From: Candidatus Limnocylindrales bacterium | GTDB lineage: Bacteria > Chloroflexota > Limnocylindria > Limnocylindrales > CSP1-4 | NCBI GenBank assembly: GCA_036274475.1 | Contig: DASUFO010000022.1 | Span: 56,295-120,294 of the forward strand | Length of the DNA: 64,000 nt | Direction of reading: 5' to 3' | Shown: in pieces, positions 39,887 to 48,255 of the stretch | Layout of the letters: each line of letters begins with the position of its first letter | Numbering within the stretch: position 1 is the stretch's first letter | The notes under the pieces: model-generated | Database searches by the model: none | What the model saw: only the letters and a program-made list of their open reading frames with translations | Told to the model about the DNA's origin: nothing | Made by a program: the position numbers and the translations under genes

Positions 39887-41043
39887 CCGAACCGAACCGG
39901 CCCGCGAGCGGGCCCACTGACGCCCCGCCGGACCTCCAGGCCGGCGAGCTCGACGAGGCCGCGATCGAAGCGGCCCTTGCCGAAGCGCCGGCGGAGTTGG
40001 AAGACGCCACGGAGACGCCCGCCGACCTCGGCACGCTCGAGGTCGAGATGGAGCGGGGCGTCCTGCTCTCCGCGCGCGGCGTGACGAAGCGGTTCGGCGG
40101 CCTGCTCGCGGTGGCCTCCGTGGACTTCGATATCCCCGAGGGCTCGATCGTGTCGCTCATCGGCCCGAACGGCGCTGGCAAGACGACGTTCTTCAACGTC
40201 GTTGCCGGGATCTACGACCCGACGGCCGGCCACGTCGACTTCCGGGGCCGGCGGATGATCGCCCGGCCCGTCAAGGCATGGCTCGAGCCGATCCTGTGGT
40301 TCGCGCCGGCCCTGGTCGGGGCGATCCTGACGGCCGTCGTCTACGGCGCGACGCAGTCCCAGCCGATCGGCGTGGCGCTCGGGCTGATCAGCCTCGCGCT
40401 GCTGATCATCATGCTCATCTCCGCCGTGGCCCGGCCTGACTGGTACCAGCGGATCCTCGTCCGGGCCGGCGTCTTCCGAAGCGCCCGACCGAACGACATG
40501 GTCAAGGCCGGCATCGGCCGGACATTCCAGAACATCCGCCTCTTCGCGAACATGACCGCCGAGGAGAACGTGCTCGTCGGGATGCACTCACGGCTGGCGG
40601 TTGGCGTCGCGGACGCGATGTTCTCGACGCCGAAGGACCGCAAGGAGGAAGTCACGGCCCGCGTCCGGGCAAACGAGCTTCTCGAGCTCGTCGGGCTGCA
40701 TGGCGTCGGCGACGAGCTCGCGAAGAACCTGCCGTACGGCGACCAGCGCCGCCTCGAGATCGCTCGCGCCCTCGCAAGCGAGCCGGCGCTCCTGCTGCTC
40801 GACGAGCCGACGGCCGGGATGAATCCGCGCGAGACGACCGACATGATGACGCTCATCAACCGGCTTCGGCAGGACCTCGGGCTGACGGTCCTCCTCATCG
40901 AGCACGACATGAAGGTGGTCATGGGCATCAGCGACCGGATCACGGTCCTCGACCACGGCGAGCGGATCTCCGAGGGCACGCCCGACGAGGTCCGGCGCGA
41001 CCCGAAGGTCATCGAGGCCTACCTCGGGACTCCCGCGGCATGA
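39883..41043 (+). CDS. livG: LivG-type ABC ATPase with acidic N-terminal extension and a roughly 75-aa hydrophobic insertion
   Basis: GTGA overlap. Walker A GPNGAGKTT, Q-loop RTFQNIRLF, signature YGDQRRLEIARAL, Walker B LLLLDEP. The insertion lies between Walker A and the Q-loop. Confidence 0.88.
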   Translation: MTEPNRPASGPTDAPPDLQAGELDEAAIEAALAEAPAELEDATETPADLGTLEVEMERGVLLSARGVTKRFGGLLAVASVDFDIPEGSIVSLIGPNGAGKTTFFNVVAGIYDPTAGHVDFRGRRMIARPVKAWLEPILWFAPALVGAILTAVVYGATQSQPIGVALGLISLALLIIMLISAVARPDWYQRILVRAGVFRSARPNDMVKAGIGRTFQNIRLFANMTAEENVLVGMHSRLAVGVADAMFSTPKDRKEEVTARVRANELLELVGLHGVGDELAKNLPYGDQRRLEIARALASEPALLLLDEPTAGMNPRETTDMMTLINRLRQDLGLTVLLIEHDMKVVMGISDRITVLDHGERISEGTPDEVRRDPKVIEAYLGTPAA

Positions 41044-41798
41044 CGGCCACCGCGAGCGCCGCCGCACCGGCGGGGTCGGGCAAGGACGCGCCGATCCTCC
41101 GACTGAACGACGTCCACACCTATTACGGCAATATCCACGCCCTGAAAGGGGTGTCGATCGAGGTCGGACGAGGTGAGATCGTCACGTTGATCGGCTCGAA
41201 CGGCGCCGGCAAGACGACGACGCTCAAGACGATCAGCGGCCTCCTCCATCCGCGCTCCGGCACGGTCACGTTCGACGGCAACGACGTGTCGAAGACCGCG
41301 GCCCACGAGCTCGTCCAGGCCGGCATCGGTCACGCCCCGGAGGGCCGCCGGATCTTCTCCCGGTTGACCGTTCTCGAGAACCTCCAGATGGGTGGCTTCA
41401 CGCGGCCAAACCGGGAGATCGGCGAGGACGTCGAGCGGGTGATGACACTGTTCCCGCGGCTCCGGGAGCGGACCTCGCAGCAGGGCGGCACGCTTTCGGG
41501 CGGCGAGCAGCAGATGCTCGCGATCGGCCGGGCGATGATGTCACGGCCGCGGGTGCTGCTCCTCGACGAGCCATCGCTCGGCCTTGCGCCGATCCTCGTC
41601 CAGCAGATCTTCGCGATCATCAAGGAGATCAAGGACCAGGGAACGACGATCCTGCTCGTCGAGCAGAACGCCCTGCAGGCGCTCTCCATCGCCGACCGCG
41701 GCTACGTGCTCCAGACAGGCCAGGTCGTGCTGACGGGATCGGCCGGCGATCTGCGCGAGGACGAGACCGTCCGCAAGGCGTACCTCGGAGAGATCTAG
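41040..41798 (+). CDS. livF: LivF-type ABC ATPase
   Basis: Motifs: GSNGAGKTT, LSGGEQQMLAIGRA, VLLLDEPS. ATGA overlap. Confidence 0.92.
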   Translation: MTATASAAAPAGSGKDAPILRLNDVHTYYGNIHALKGVSIEVGRGEIVTLIGSNGAGKTTTLKTISGLLHPRSGTVTFDGNDVSKTAAHELVQAGIGHAPEGRRIFSRLTVLENLQMGGFTRPNREIGEDVERVMTLFPRLRERTSQQGGTLSGGEQQMLAIGRAMMSRPRVLLLDEPSLGLAPILVQQIFAIIKEIKDQGTTILLVEQNALQALSIADRGYVLQTGQVVLTGSAGDLREDETVRKAYLGEI

Positions 41799-41828
41799 CG
41801 CGGGCCGGCCCGCGCCGTCGGCCGCCCG

Positions 41829-42542
41829 ATGGAACCCCGCGACACGCTGATCCCGGAGCGGATCGTCGGCGCGCGGGATGGCCGCCGCTCGGCCGCGACG
41901 ACGATGGCCCTGATCGGCGTGCTGCTCATCGTCGCGGTCGTCAAGCCATGGGGCGACGACGGCGCCGGCCCCGGGTCCATTGGCCGCGCGACTCCGTCCC
42001 CGCGCCCAGCCGACGGAGCGCCGCGGACGCCGGCCCCGCCCGACGCGGCCGACCGACTCGCAGAGGTCTGCCTGAATCCGTCGGGCTGGCGGATCATCGC
42101 GACCGAACGCTGGGACGACGATGCGATCCGGTCGTGGCGAGCGGTGGAGGCGTCCACCGCGTCAAACCCGCTCGACCCGGACATCTCATTCACGCGAGTA
42201 GCCGCCGAGGCGGTGCCGGTCGTCGGCTATTGCGCGCCGATCAGCGGCCCCGATCGACCACCCGAGGACGCCCGGGGGTCCGTCTTCTCGGTCGCGGACG
42301 GCACGTCGTCGCGGCTCCGGGTGACGCGGCTCGCGCCGATCGACGACGTGGCGGGCGGCGCGGCGTGGCTCGGCTTCGGTCGCGGTGCGTCCGGCGGCGC
42401 GGCGAGCCCGACGTGGCCGCTCGGGCGGTACGCCATCCGGGTCGGAACGTCGGACGGCCGGTACGAGCGGTGGCTCGGCATCGAGATCCTTCGACCGTTC
42501 CTGGAGCGCTCCGCCCCGACGCCGACTACGCTTCCGAGGTGA
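41829..42542 (+). CDS. Membrane-anchored hypothetical protein
   Basis: 237 aa with a single N-terminal helix (TTMALIGVLLIVAVV). High GC3. The stop overlaps the next start. Confidence 0.6.
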   Translation: MEPRDTLIPERIVGARDGRRSAATTMALIGVLLIVAVVKPWGDDGAGPGSIGRATPSPRPADGAPRTPAPPDAADRLAEVCLNPSGWRIIATERWDDDAIRSWRAVEASTASNPLDPDISFTRVAAEAVPVVGYCAPISGPDRPPEDARGSVFSVADGTSSRLRVTRLAPIDDVAGGAAWLGFGRGASGGAASPTWPLGRYAIRVGTSDGRYERWLGIEILRPFLERSAPTPTTLPR

Positions 42543-43858
42543 CCCGACTCCCCCGACAACGGCTGGTTCGCTTCGCGCTGCCCGGCTTCCTGCTCGCCGC
42601 CCTCGCCGCGTGCGGGGCGCCGGTGGTGTCACCCGCCGTGTCACCGTCCGTCTCACCGGCCACCGGGCCGTCCGAGCTCGGACCCGCGTCGCCGCCGGTC
42701 AGCGCGCCACCGTCCGTCGCTCCCGTGATCCCGGGGCTTACCTGGATCACGGCGCCTGACGTCGAACGACCGCCCGACATGTCGGCCGCGGAGCCGTCCA
42801 TTCCCGCCGTCGGCCCCGGAGGCGGGCTCGGCCACCCGGGTCACTTTCCCGGCCAGGGCTACCTCGTCGACGTCACCGACGGACCGGCCGGCCTCGTCGC
42901 GGCGGGCTACGCGTTTCCCGGCTGGCATGCGACGGCCTGGACATCGTCGGATGGCAATCGCTGGGTCCGGCACGTCGTCGACGAGCGCGACGACACGTTC
43001 GCGCTCGCCATTGCGGCCACCGCGAGCGAGTACGTGGCGGTCGGCCGCGCCGGCGGCGATCCAGCGGCATGGACGTCGCCCGATGGAATGACGTGGCGAC
43101 GCGCGGCGAGGGACCTGCCTGAGACCGGTCTCGAGACCCGGCTGACGACCGTCGCAGCCGGTGACGGCGGGATCGTGGCGGGCGGCTGGGCAGCATCGCC
43201 GACGGCGCCAACGAGCTCGAGGCTCTGGTGGTCCGCGGACGGCGCCGCATGGGCGGTTGCTCTGATGGGCAGCGGCGACGTGGCCACCGGCGAGGAGCTG
43301 CGCGTTACGTCGATCGCGGCCGGCCCCGCCGGCTGGGTCGCCGTCGGGACCGTTGGCCCGGAGTGGGACCCGGCCGGGTCCATCGCGTGGACGTCGCCGG
43401 ATGGTCGGTCATGGACGCGCGCCCCGGACGCTGCCGCGCTGCATTCCGGCCGGATGGCGTCCGTGACCGCCACGCCGAGCGGCTGGCTCGCGGTCGGGAG
43501 CGACCTCGACGATCGACAGGGGGTGAGCTGGGTGTCAACCGACGGTCTCGACTGGACCGTCTCGGCGCCGCAGGCCGCGCTCGACAACCACGGCCTGAAG
43601 ATCCGGATGACCGACGCGGTCGCGCGCGACGGCCGGCTCGTGGCGGTCGGCAACTACCTGTTCGGGACGCAGTACGGCAACGCCACGTCGTGGACCTCCG
43701 GCGACGGCCTCACCTGGACGCGGGCGCCGCGGGCGACTCCGCTGAACCAGGGCGAGATGCTTGCGCTGACGCCGGGCGGGCCGGGATACGTCGCGGTCGG
43801 CACGTTCGGTGCGCCCGACGACTACGTTCCGACGGTCTGGCTCAGTCCGCGCGACTGA
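42539..43858 (+). CDS. Lipoprotein with six Asp-box (BNR) repeats, predicted beta-propeller
   Basis: GTG at 42539 (GTGA overlap). Lipobox LLAALAACG. S-x-D-G-x-x-W occurs six times (SSDGNRW, SPDGMTW, SADGAAW, SPDGRSW, STDGLDW, SGDGLTW). Confidence 0.75.
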   Translation: MTRLPRQRLVRFALPGFLLAALAACGAPVVSPAVSPSVSPATGPSELGPASPPVSAPPSVAPVIPGLTWITAPDVERPPDMSAAEPSIPAVGPGGGLGHPGHFPGQGYLVDVTDGPAGLVAAGYAFPGWHATAWTSSDGNRWVRHVVDERDDTFALAIAATASEYVAVGRAGGDPAAWTSPDGMTWRRAARDLPETGLETRLTTVAAGDGGIVAGGWAASPTAPTSSRLWWSADGAAWAVALMGSGDVATGEELRVTSIAAGPAGWVAVGTVGPEWDPAGSIAWTSPDGRSWTRAPDAAALHSGRMASVTATPSGWLAVGSDLDDRQGVSWVSTDGLDWTVSAPQAALDNHGLKIRMTDAVARDGRLVAVGNYLFGTQYGNATSWTSGDGLTWTRAPRATPLNQGEMLALTPGGPGYVAVGTFGAPDDYVPTVWLSPRD

Positions 43859-43863
43859 CGGGC

Positions 43864-44280
43864 TCAGCCGTCGCGGCGTTCGCCCGCGATCTCGTAGACG
43901 GCCCGGCTCAGGACGATCAGCCCGAGCGCCGACAGCCACAGTCCCGGCGCCGTGGTCGGCAGGCCGAGCGCGCCGACCGTGTAGAGATCGAACGCCCGGA
44001 GCGCGAGCCCGATCCAGCCGATGGCGACGATCGCCAGCCAGCTGGCGGTCCGATCGATCGCGACGGGCCGGTCCGTTGCGTAGGGCAGCGTCACGAGCGC
44101 GATCGTCGCCAGCGCCGAGAAGAAGACGAGGATGCCGGCTCCCTCGAACGCATTCCCGGTCCGCAGTGGCAGGCCGCCGTCGCCGCCGAACTGCCACCAC
44201 GGCAACACGCAGCCGACGATGATGATCAGTGCTGCAAGGGCGGCCAGTCGCCGGCCGCGGCTCAGTGGGCGGCGATGCAT
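43864..44280 (-). CDS. Small integral membrane protein (four predicted helices)
   Basis: 138 aa and hydrophobic throughout. Starts 3 nt downstream of the hpt stop. Confidence 0.65.
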   Translation of the reverse strand: MHRRPLSRGRRLAALAALIIIVGCVLPWWQFGGDGGLPLRTGNAFEGAGILVFFSALATIALVTLPYATDRPVAIDRTASWLAIVAIGWIGLALRAFDLYTVGALGLPTTAPGLWLSALGLIVLSRAVYEIAGERRDG

Positions 44281-44283
44281 CCC

Positions 44284-44853
44284 TCAGTCGCCGCCCGAGT
44301 AGACCTCGGGGCGGAGCACGCCCACGAATCGGAGGTTCCGGTAGTACTCGCCGTAGTCGAGGCCGTACCCGACGACGAACTGGTCCGGGATCGTGAAGCC
44401 GGTGTAGTCGACCGGGATGTCCACGAGGCGCCGGGCCGGTTTGTCGAGCAGCGTGCAGATGCGCAGCGTGCGCGGGTTCTTCCCCCGGAGGTACCGGAGC
44501 AGGTAGTTGAGCGTCAGTCCGGTGTCGATGATGTCCTCGACGATCAGGACCTCCTCGCCCTCGATCGTCGCCGAGAGGTCCTTGAGGATCCGGACGAGCC
44601 CCGACGATTCGGTCGCGGTACCGCCGTACGACGAGACCTCCATGAGGTCGATCCGGACCGGGATCGAGATCGAGCGCATGAGATCCGCCATGAATGGCAG
44701 CGAGCCCTTCAGCACCGAGACGAGCGTGAGTCGCCGGTCGGCGTAGTCCTCGGAGATCCGGGCGCCCAGCGCCGCGATCTTCGACTGGATCTCATCTTCG
44801 GTCAGGAGCACCTCGCCGACGTCGGCGGCCAGGTCGATCGTGCGGGTGGTCAT
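44284..44853 (-). CDS. hpt: Hypoxanthine-guanine phosphoribosyltransferase
   Basis: PRPP motif EVLIVEDIIDTGLTL, plus SVLKGSLPFMADL. ATGA overlap with the upstream gene. Confidence 0.93.
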   Translation of the reverse strand: MTTRTIDLAADVGEVLLTEDEIQSKIAALGARISEDYADRRLTLVSVLKGSLPFMADLMRSISIPVRIDLMEVSSYGGTATESSGLVRILKDLSATIEGEEVLIVEDIIDTGLTLNYLLRYLRGKNPRTLRICTLLDKPARRLVDIPVDYTGFTIPDQFVVGYGLDYGEYYRNLRFVGVLRPEVYSGGD

Positions 44854-45455
44854 GCCTCCTCATCCTCGCGTGTCGAGCGCTCCGGAACGACCTGGCCCGA
44901 CGTCCCCGACAGCTCGTCGACGAGCGCCAGCTTGCCGAATTTCAACATCAGCGCCCGGAAGTCACGGGCATAGAACAGCTTCACCCGGAGATCGGGATAG
45001 AGCTCGAGGACGCGCCGAAGCTTGCGGTTCTTCTTCCGGACGAGCTTCTGGCGGAGCGTGGTCATCTCCAGGTACAGGTCGAGGTCGGGCAGCCAGAAGT
45101 CGGGCGAGAAGCTCTCGACGACGGCGCCGTCGAGGTTCCAGACGATCGGGAACGTGTGCGGCTCGTACTCCCAGCGGACCTGGTAGAAGTCCAGGATCCG
45201 GGCCATCTCCGCCTCGCTCGCGTGGGCGAACGCCGGGTGCGGCGTCATCGGGATGGGCGCCGGCTGGGCTGGCGGCTCGATCAGGACGGCGACCCCCTTT
45301 GCGGGTGGCGCGTCCGGCCCGAGTGGCTCGCTCGCCGATGGCGGGATGCCCGCCGCCGTCGCCCTCGCGATGGCGGACGCGCTCGTGGCCGACGAGCGCC
45401 GCGACCGGCGACGTCGGGCGCCAGTGCCGGTTCCGCCCGCGGCTTTCCGCGTCAC
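44850..45455 (-). CDS. Hypothetical protein with a basic disordered N-terminus and a conserved-looking C-terminal domain (possible endonuclease-like fold)
   Basis: The in-frame GTG at 45455 overlaps the upstream stop (GTGA). The ATG at 45248 is an alternative start. C-terminal block: ILDFYQVRWEYEPHTFPI..SFSPDFWLPDLDLYLEMTT..KKNRKL. Confidence 0.6.
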   Translation of the reverse strand: MTRKAAGGTGTGARRRRSRRSSATSASAIARATAAGIPPSASEPLGPDAPPAKGVAVLIEPPAQPAPIPMTPHPAFAHASEAEMARILDFYQVRWEYEPHTFPIVWNLDGAVVESFSPDFWLPDLDLYLEMTTLRQKLVRKKNRKLRRVLELYPDLRVKLFYARDFRALMLKFGKLALVDELSGTSGQVVPERSTREDEEA

Positions 45456-45811
45456 GCGTTCAACCCGTCGCTCGGATCTCCGGATCCACCGACGAGGGCA
45501 TCGAGGTCGCCGAGCTCGAGGAGCCGGCGGACGGTCGCCAGGTCGTTGCCGTCGATCGGAAGGGCCTCGCGGAACCGGGCGTCGTCGGCCGGCAGGAACT
45601 CGCCGTATGGCAGGCGACCCGTGGCAGGGTCCCCGTCGCCGCCGACGATCATGCCGAGCGACTCGCTCCGACACGCCTCGCAGGCAAGCTCGACGAACGT
45701 GAGGTCGTCCCGGCTGGCGAGGATCCGGATGCGCTCGGCCGGCACGTTCCTGCCGCAGACGGCGCAGTCGACCCCGTTCGCGAACGGTTGCGTTCGGTCG
45801 CGCGGATCCAT
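45452..45811 (-). CDS. Small zinc-ribbon-like protein
   Basis: 119 aa, high GC3. Cys pairs: CAVCG and CEAC. Confidence 0.65.
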   Translation of the reverse strand: MDPRDRTQPFANGVDCAVCGRNVPAERIRILASRDDLTFVELACEACRSESLGMIVGGDGDPATGRLPYGEFLPADDARFREALPIDGNDLATVRRLLELGDLDALVGGSGDPSDGLNA

Positions 45812-45861
45812 CGGCCGACAGTCTACTTCCTGTCCGGCCTCGCCGGGTATGTCGGCGGCGC

Positions 45862-45878
45862 ATACCCCCAGGGGGTAT
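45862..45878. promoter_or_regulatory. CsoR-type operator palindrome
   Basis: ATACCCCC-A-GGGGGTAT, perfect 8-bp arms. It sits in the middle of the 120-bp divergent region between the Zn-ribbon gene and csoR, and matches the GC-tract-in-AT-flank architecture of known CsoR operators. Confidence 0.65.
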
Positions 45879-45931
45879 CATCCATCGAGCGACGGCGGCG
45901 CGGTCCGCTGCGATCACGAAGGAGGGCTCGC

Positions 45932-46285
45932 GTGCCACAGGCCGAGGGTCGAACCGGCACCGGCCCCACGCCGGACCACTTTCGCCACTCGTACTCGAAG
46001 GACAAGGCGGGGCTCATCCGGCGGCTCTCCCGGATGGAGGGCCAGGTTCGAGGGATTGCCCGGATGATCGAGCGCGAGGAGTACTGCGTCGACATCCTGC
46101 AGCAGACGTCCGCGCTCCGTGCGGCGGTCGACGCACTGTCCGTGCTCGTGCTCGAGGACCACGTCCAAGGCTGCGTCCGGTCCGCCGCCGAACGAGGCGA
46201 AGCCGATCAGTACGTCGACGAGGTGATCGACGTGGTCCGGCGGACGCTCGGCCGGCCCGTGCGCGCGGGCGCGCGATCCGCCTAG
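45932..46285 (+). CDS. csoR: CsoR/RcnR-family metal-responsive repressor (C-H-C fingerprint)
   Basis: The GTG at 45932 is preceded by GGAGGG. Motifs: LSRMEGQVRGIARMIEREEYCVDILQQ and LEDHVQGC. Confidence 0.85.
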   Translation: MPQAEGRTGTGPTPDHFRHSYSKDKAGLIRRLSRMEGQVRGIARMIEREEYCVDILQQTSALRAAVDALSVLVLEDHVQGCVRSAAERGEADQYVDEVIDVVRRTLGRPVRAGARSA

Positions 46286-46414
46286 GCGCCTTTGGCGCGC
46301 CCTGCGCCCCCTGCCGCCCCTGCGGGAACCGCCGCGGGGCGGCGCCCACCGGTACTTCCGGACGCGGGCCCCGACCCTCCGGGGGATGACAGCGGGGCCC
46401 GGCACTTCGCGAGG

Positions 46415-47992
46415 ATGGCGCCGATCGACCGGTCGATCGCCAACAGCTCCGACCCCGACGGAGCCTCCAGGGGACTCATGCCCGATTCGCTTCCGCCGCG
46501 GCTGGCTGTCCAGCCGCCTTCCGTCACGCCTCCGCCGCGCTTCGTCGAGCGCCGTGTCGCCTACCGCCGCGCAGCGGACCAGCTGCTCCACGAAGAGCGT
46601 TCGTTCGTCGCCCGCTGCCTCGACTGCCTTGCGGCCGACAGCCCCGCGGAGGACCGTCTGGCAAGCGTCCTCAAGCTGCTTGCCCGGACCTCCGGTGCAC
46701 GGCGGGTCGCCGTCCTGGCCGACGGGATCGAACGCCGGTCGGCCGTATCGGTCGCACCCGGCGAGGACCCCAGCGCCGCCGAGGCGCTCGCGACGTGGCT
46801 GGACGCGACCGCGAGGCGGTCCCGCGCGGATCGAGCGGCCGCCGCCCCGGCCCCCGTTTCGCTCGTCGAGGATGTGACCGCACGAGCCCCGCGCGGAGGG
46901 GCCAGCGCCGCGACCGCGGCGTATGCGCTGCTGCCGATCCCCGGCGGCGCGGTCCTCGGGTTCGAATTCAACGGGCCGGCCCGGGCGGCCCAGCTCGACG
47001 AGCGGCTGCCCGCCCACCTCGTCCGGCACGCGGGCGCGGCGCTCGCGGTGATCACGCGAGAGCTCGCCGTCGAGACGGAGGCCGCCACCCTGCGCGCGCG
47101 CGACGCCGAGCAAACGAGGTTCGTCTCCACCGTCGCGCATGAGCTCGGGACGCCGCTGACCGGCCTCCGCGGCTATCTCGAGCTGATCCTCGCCGGCGCC
47201 GTCGGCGATCCCGCGGTCGAGCGTGAGTTCCTCGGCCGCAGCAAGGCGATCGTCACGTCGATGAGCGAGCTCGTCGGCGACCTGCTCGAGCTGTCCCGGC
47301 TCGAGTCCGGAACCCTCCAGCTCGAGATCGAGCCGTTCTCCGTTGCCGAGGCTGTCGGGAGCGTGGCGGCCGCCCTCCTGCCGATCGCGATCGATCGGGA
47401 CATCCGCCTCTCGACAGCGGTGCCGCCTCGACTGCGGTCGGCCACGGCGGACCGCCGTCGCGTCGAGCAGATCGTCACGAACCTGGCCGGCAACGCCCTC
47501 AAGTTCACCGCCGAGGGTGGCACCGTCGATCTCGTCGCCCGGCTCGAAGGCCCGATCGCCGTGATCGTCGTCCGCGACGATGGAGCCGGCATCGGGCTGA
47601 CCGACCGCGAGCGGATCTTCGAGCGGTTCGCCCGCCTCGATGCCCACGACGCGATCGCGGGTACCGGCCTCGGATTGCCGATCGCGCGCGATCTCGCGCG
47701 GCGGATGGGCGGCGACCTCGGCGTCGCGTCCGTGCCGGGCTCAGGGTCGGCGTTCGCGCTCGTCCTGCCCGGGCCGACCGCCGTCCCGCGAGAGGCGATT
47801 GCGATGACGCTCGCGATCACGCTGGCGGGCGAGGAGCACGAGCTCGAAGAGCGGGCGGTCCTGCGGGCACTCGCGGCCGGCAGCAACGGAGCCCAAGAGA
47901 ACGGCGCCGGAACGTCCGGCGCTGCGCCGCGTGGCGCGTCTCGACGCGATCGGTTCCAGACGCCGGCGAAGGCTGTTTCCGTCGATCGCTGA
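46415..47992 (+). CDS. Cytoplasmic sensor histidine kinase with no cognate response regulator in the window
   Basis: H-box FVSTVAHELGTPLTGLRGY, N-box IVTNLAGNALKFT, G1 VRDDGAGIG, G2 GTGLGLPIA. No hydrophobic helices. The start is uncertain (46292, 46415 or 46475). Confidence 0.8.
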   Translation: MAPIDRSIANSSDPDGASRGLMPDSLPPRLAVQPPSVTPPPRFVERRVAYRRAADQLLHEERSFVARCLDCLAADSPAEDRLASVLKLLARTSGARRVAVLADGIERRSAVSVAPGEDPSAAEALATWLDATARRSRADRAAAAPAPVSLVEDVTARAPRGGASAATAAYALLPIPGGAVLGFEFNGPARAAQLDERLPAHLVRHAGAALAVITRELAVETEAATLRARDAEQTRFVSTVAHELGTPLTGLRGYLELILAGAVGDPAVEREFLGRSKAIVTSMSELVGDLLELSRLESGTLQLEIEPFSVAEAVGSVAAALLPIAIDRDIRLSTAVPPRLRSATADRRRVEQIVTNLAGNALKFTAEGGTVDLVARLEGPIAVIVVRDDGAGIGLTDRERIFERFARLDAHDAIAGTGLGLPIARDLARRMGGDLGVASVPGSGSAFALVLPGPTAVPREAIAMTLAITLAGEEHELEERAVLRALAAGSNGAQENGAGTSGAAPRGASRRDRFQTPAKAVSVDR

Positions 47993-48006
47993 GTCCCGCC
48001 CGCGCC

Positions 48007-48051
48007 GGTTATCCACATCCTTCGCGACGGGGAGTGGATTCGTGGATAACC
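48007..48051. promoter_or_regulatory. Perfect 10-bp inverted repeat containing DnaA-box consensus sequences
   Basis: GGTTATCCAC (48007-48016) and GTGGATAACC (48042-48051). TTATCCACA at 48009-48017 is an exact DnaA box. The partner reads TTATCCACG on the other strand. Confidence 0.55.
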
Positions 48052-48255
48052 CCGTTGACTGCCGCCCCGCCGGGGACTAACGTCCGGCATCCGCACTGAG
48101 GTCGCTCGGGTAACGGGACTGGCGAGGGGTACGGGGAGACCCGACCGCGAACCGGACCGGCCCTGGAAGACCGAAGCACGACCAACGGTGCGACGAAACG
48201 ACGCCGGGAGCGGAGCCCGGACGGCCCGCACAGGTACGACCGACAGGAGGAGTGC

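Noticed and set aside
47993-48255. Possible chromosomal origin (oriC)
   Set aside because: There are only two strong DnaA boxes, no AT-rich unwinding element, and no dnaA, dnaN or parAB in the window. I report the boxes as a regulatory site only.
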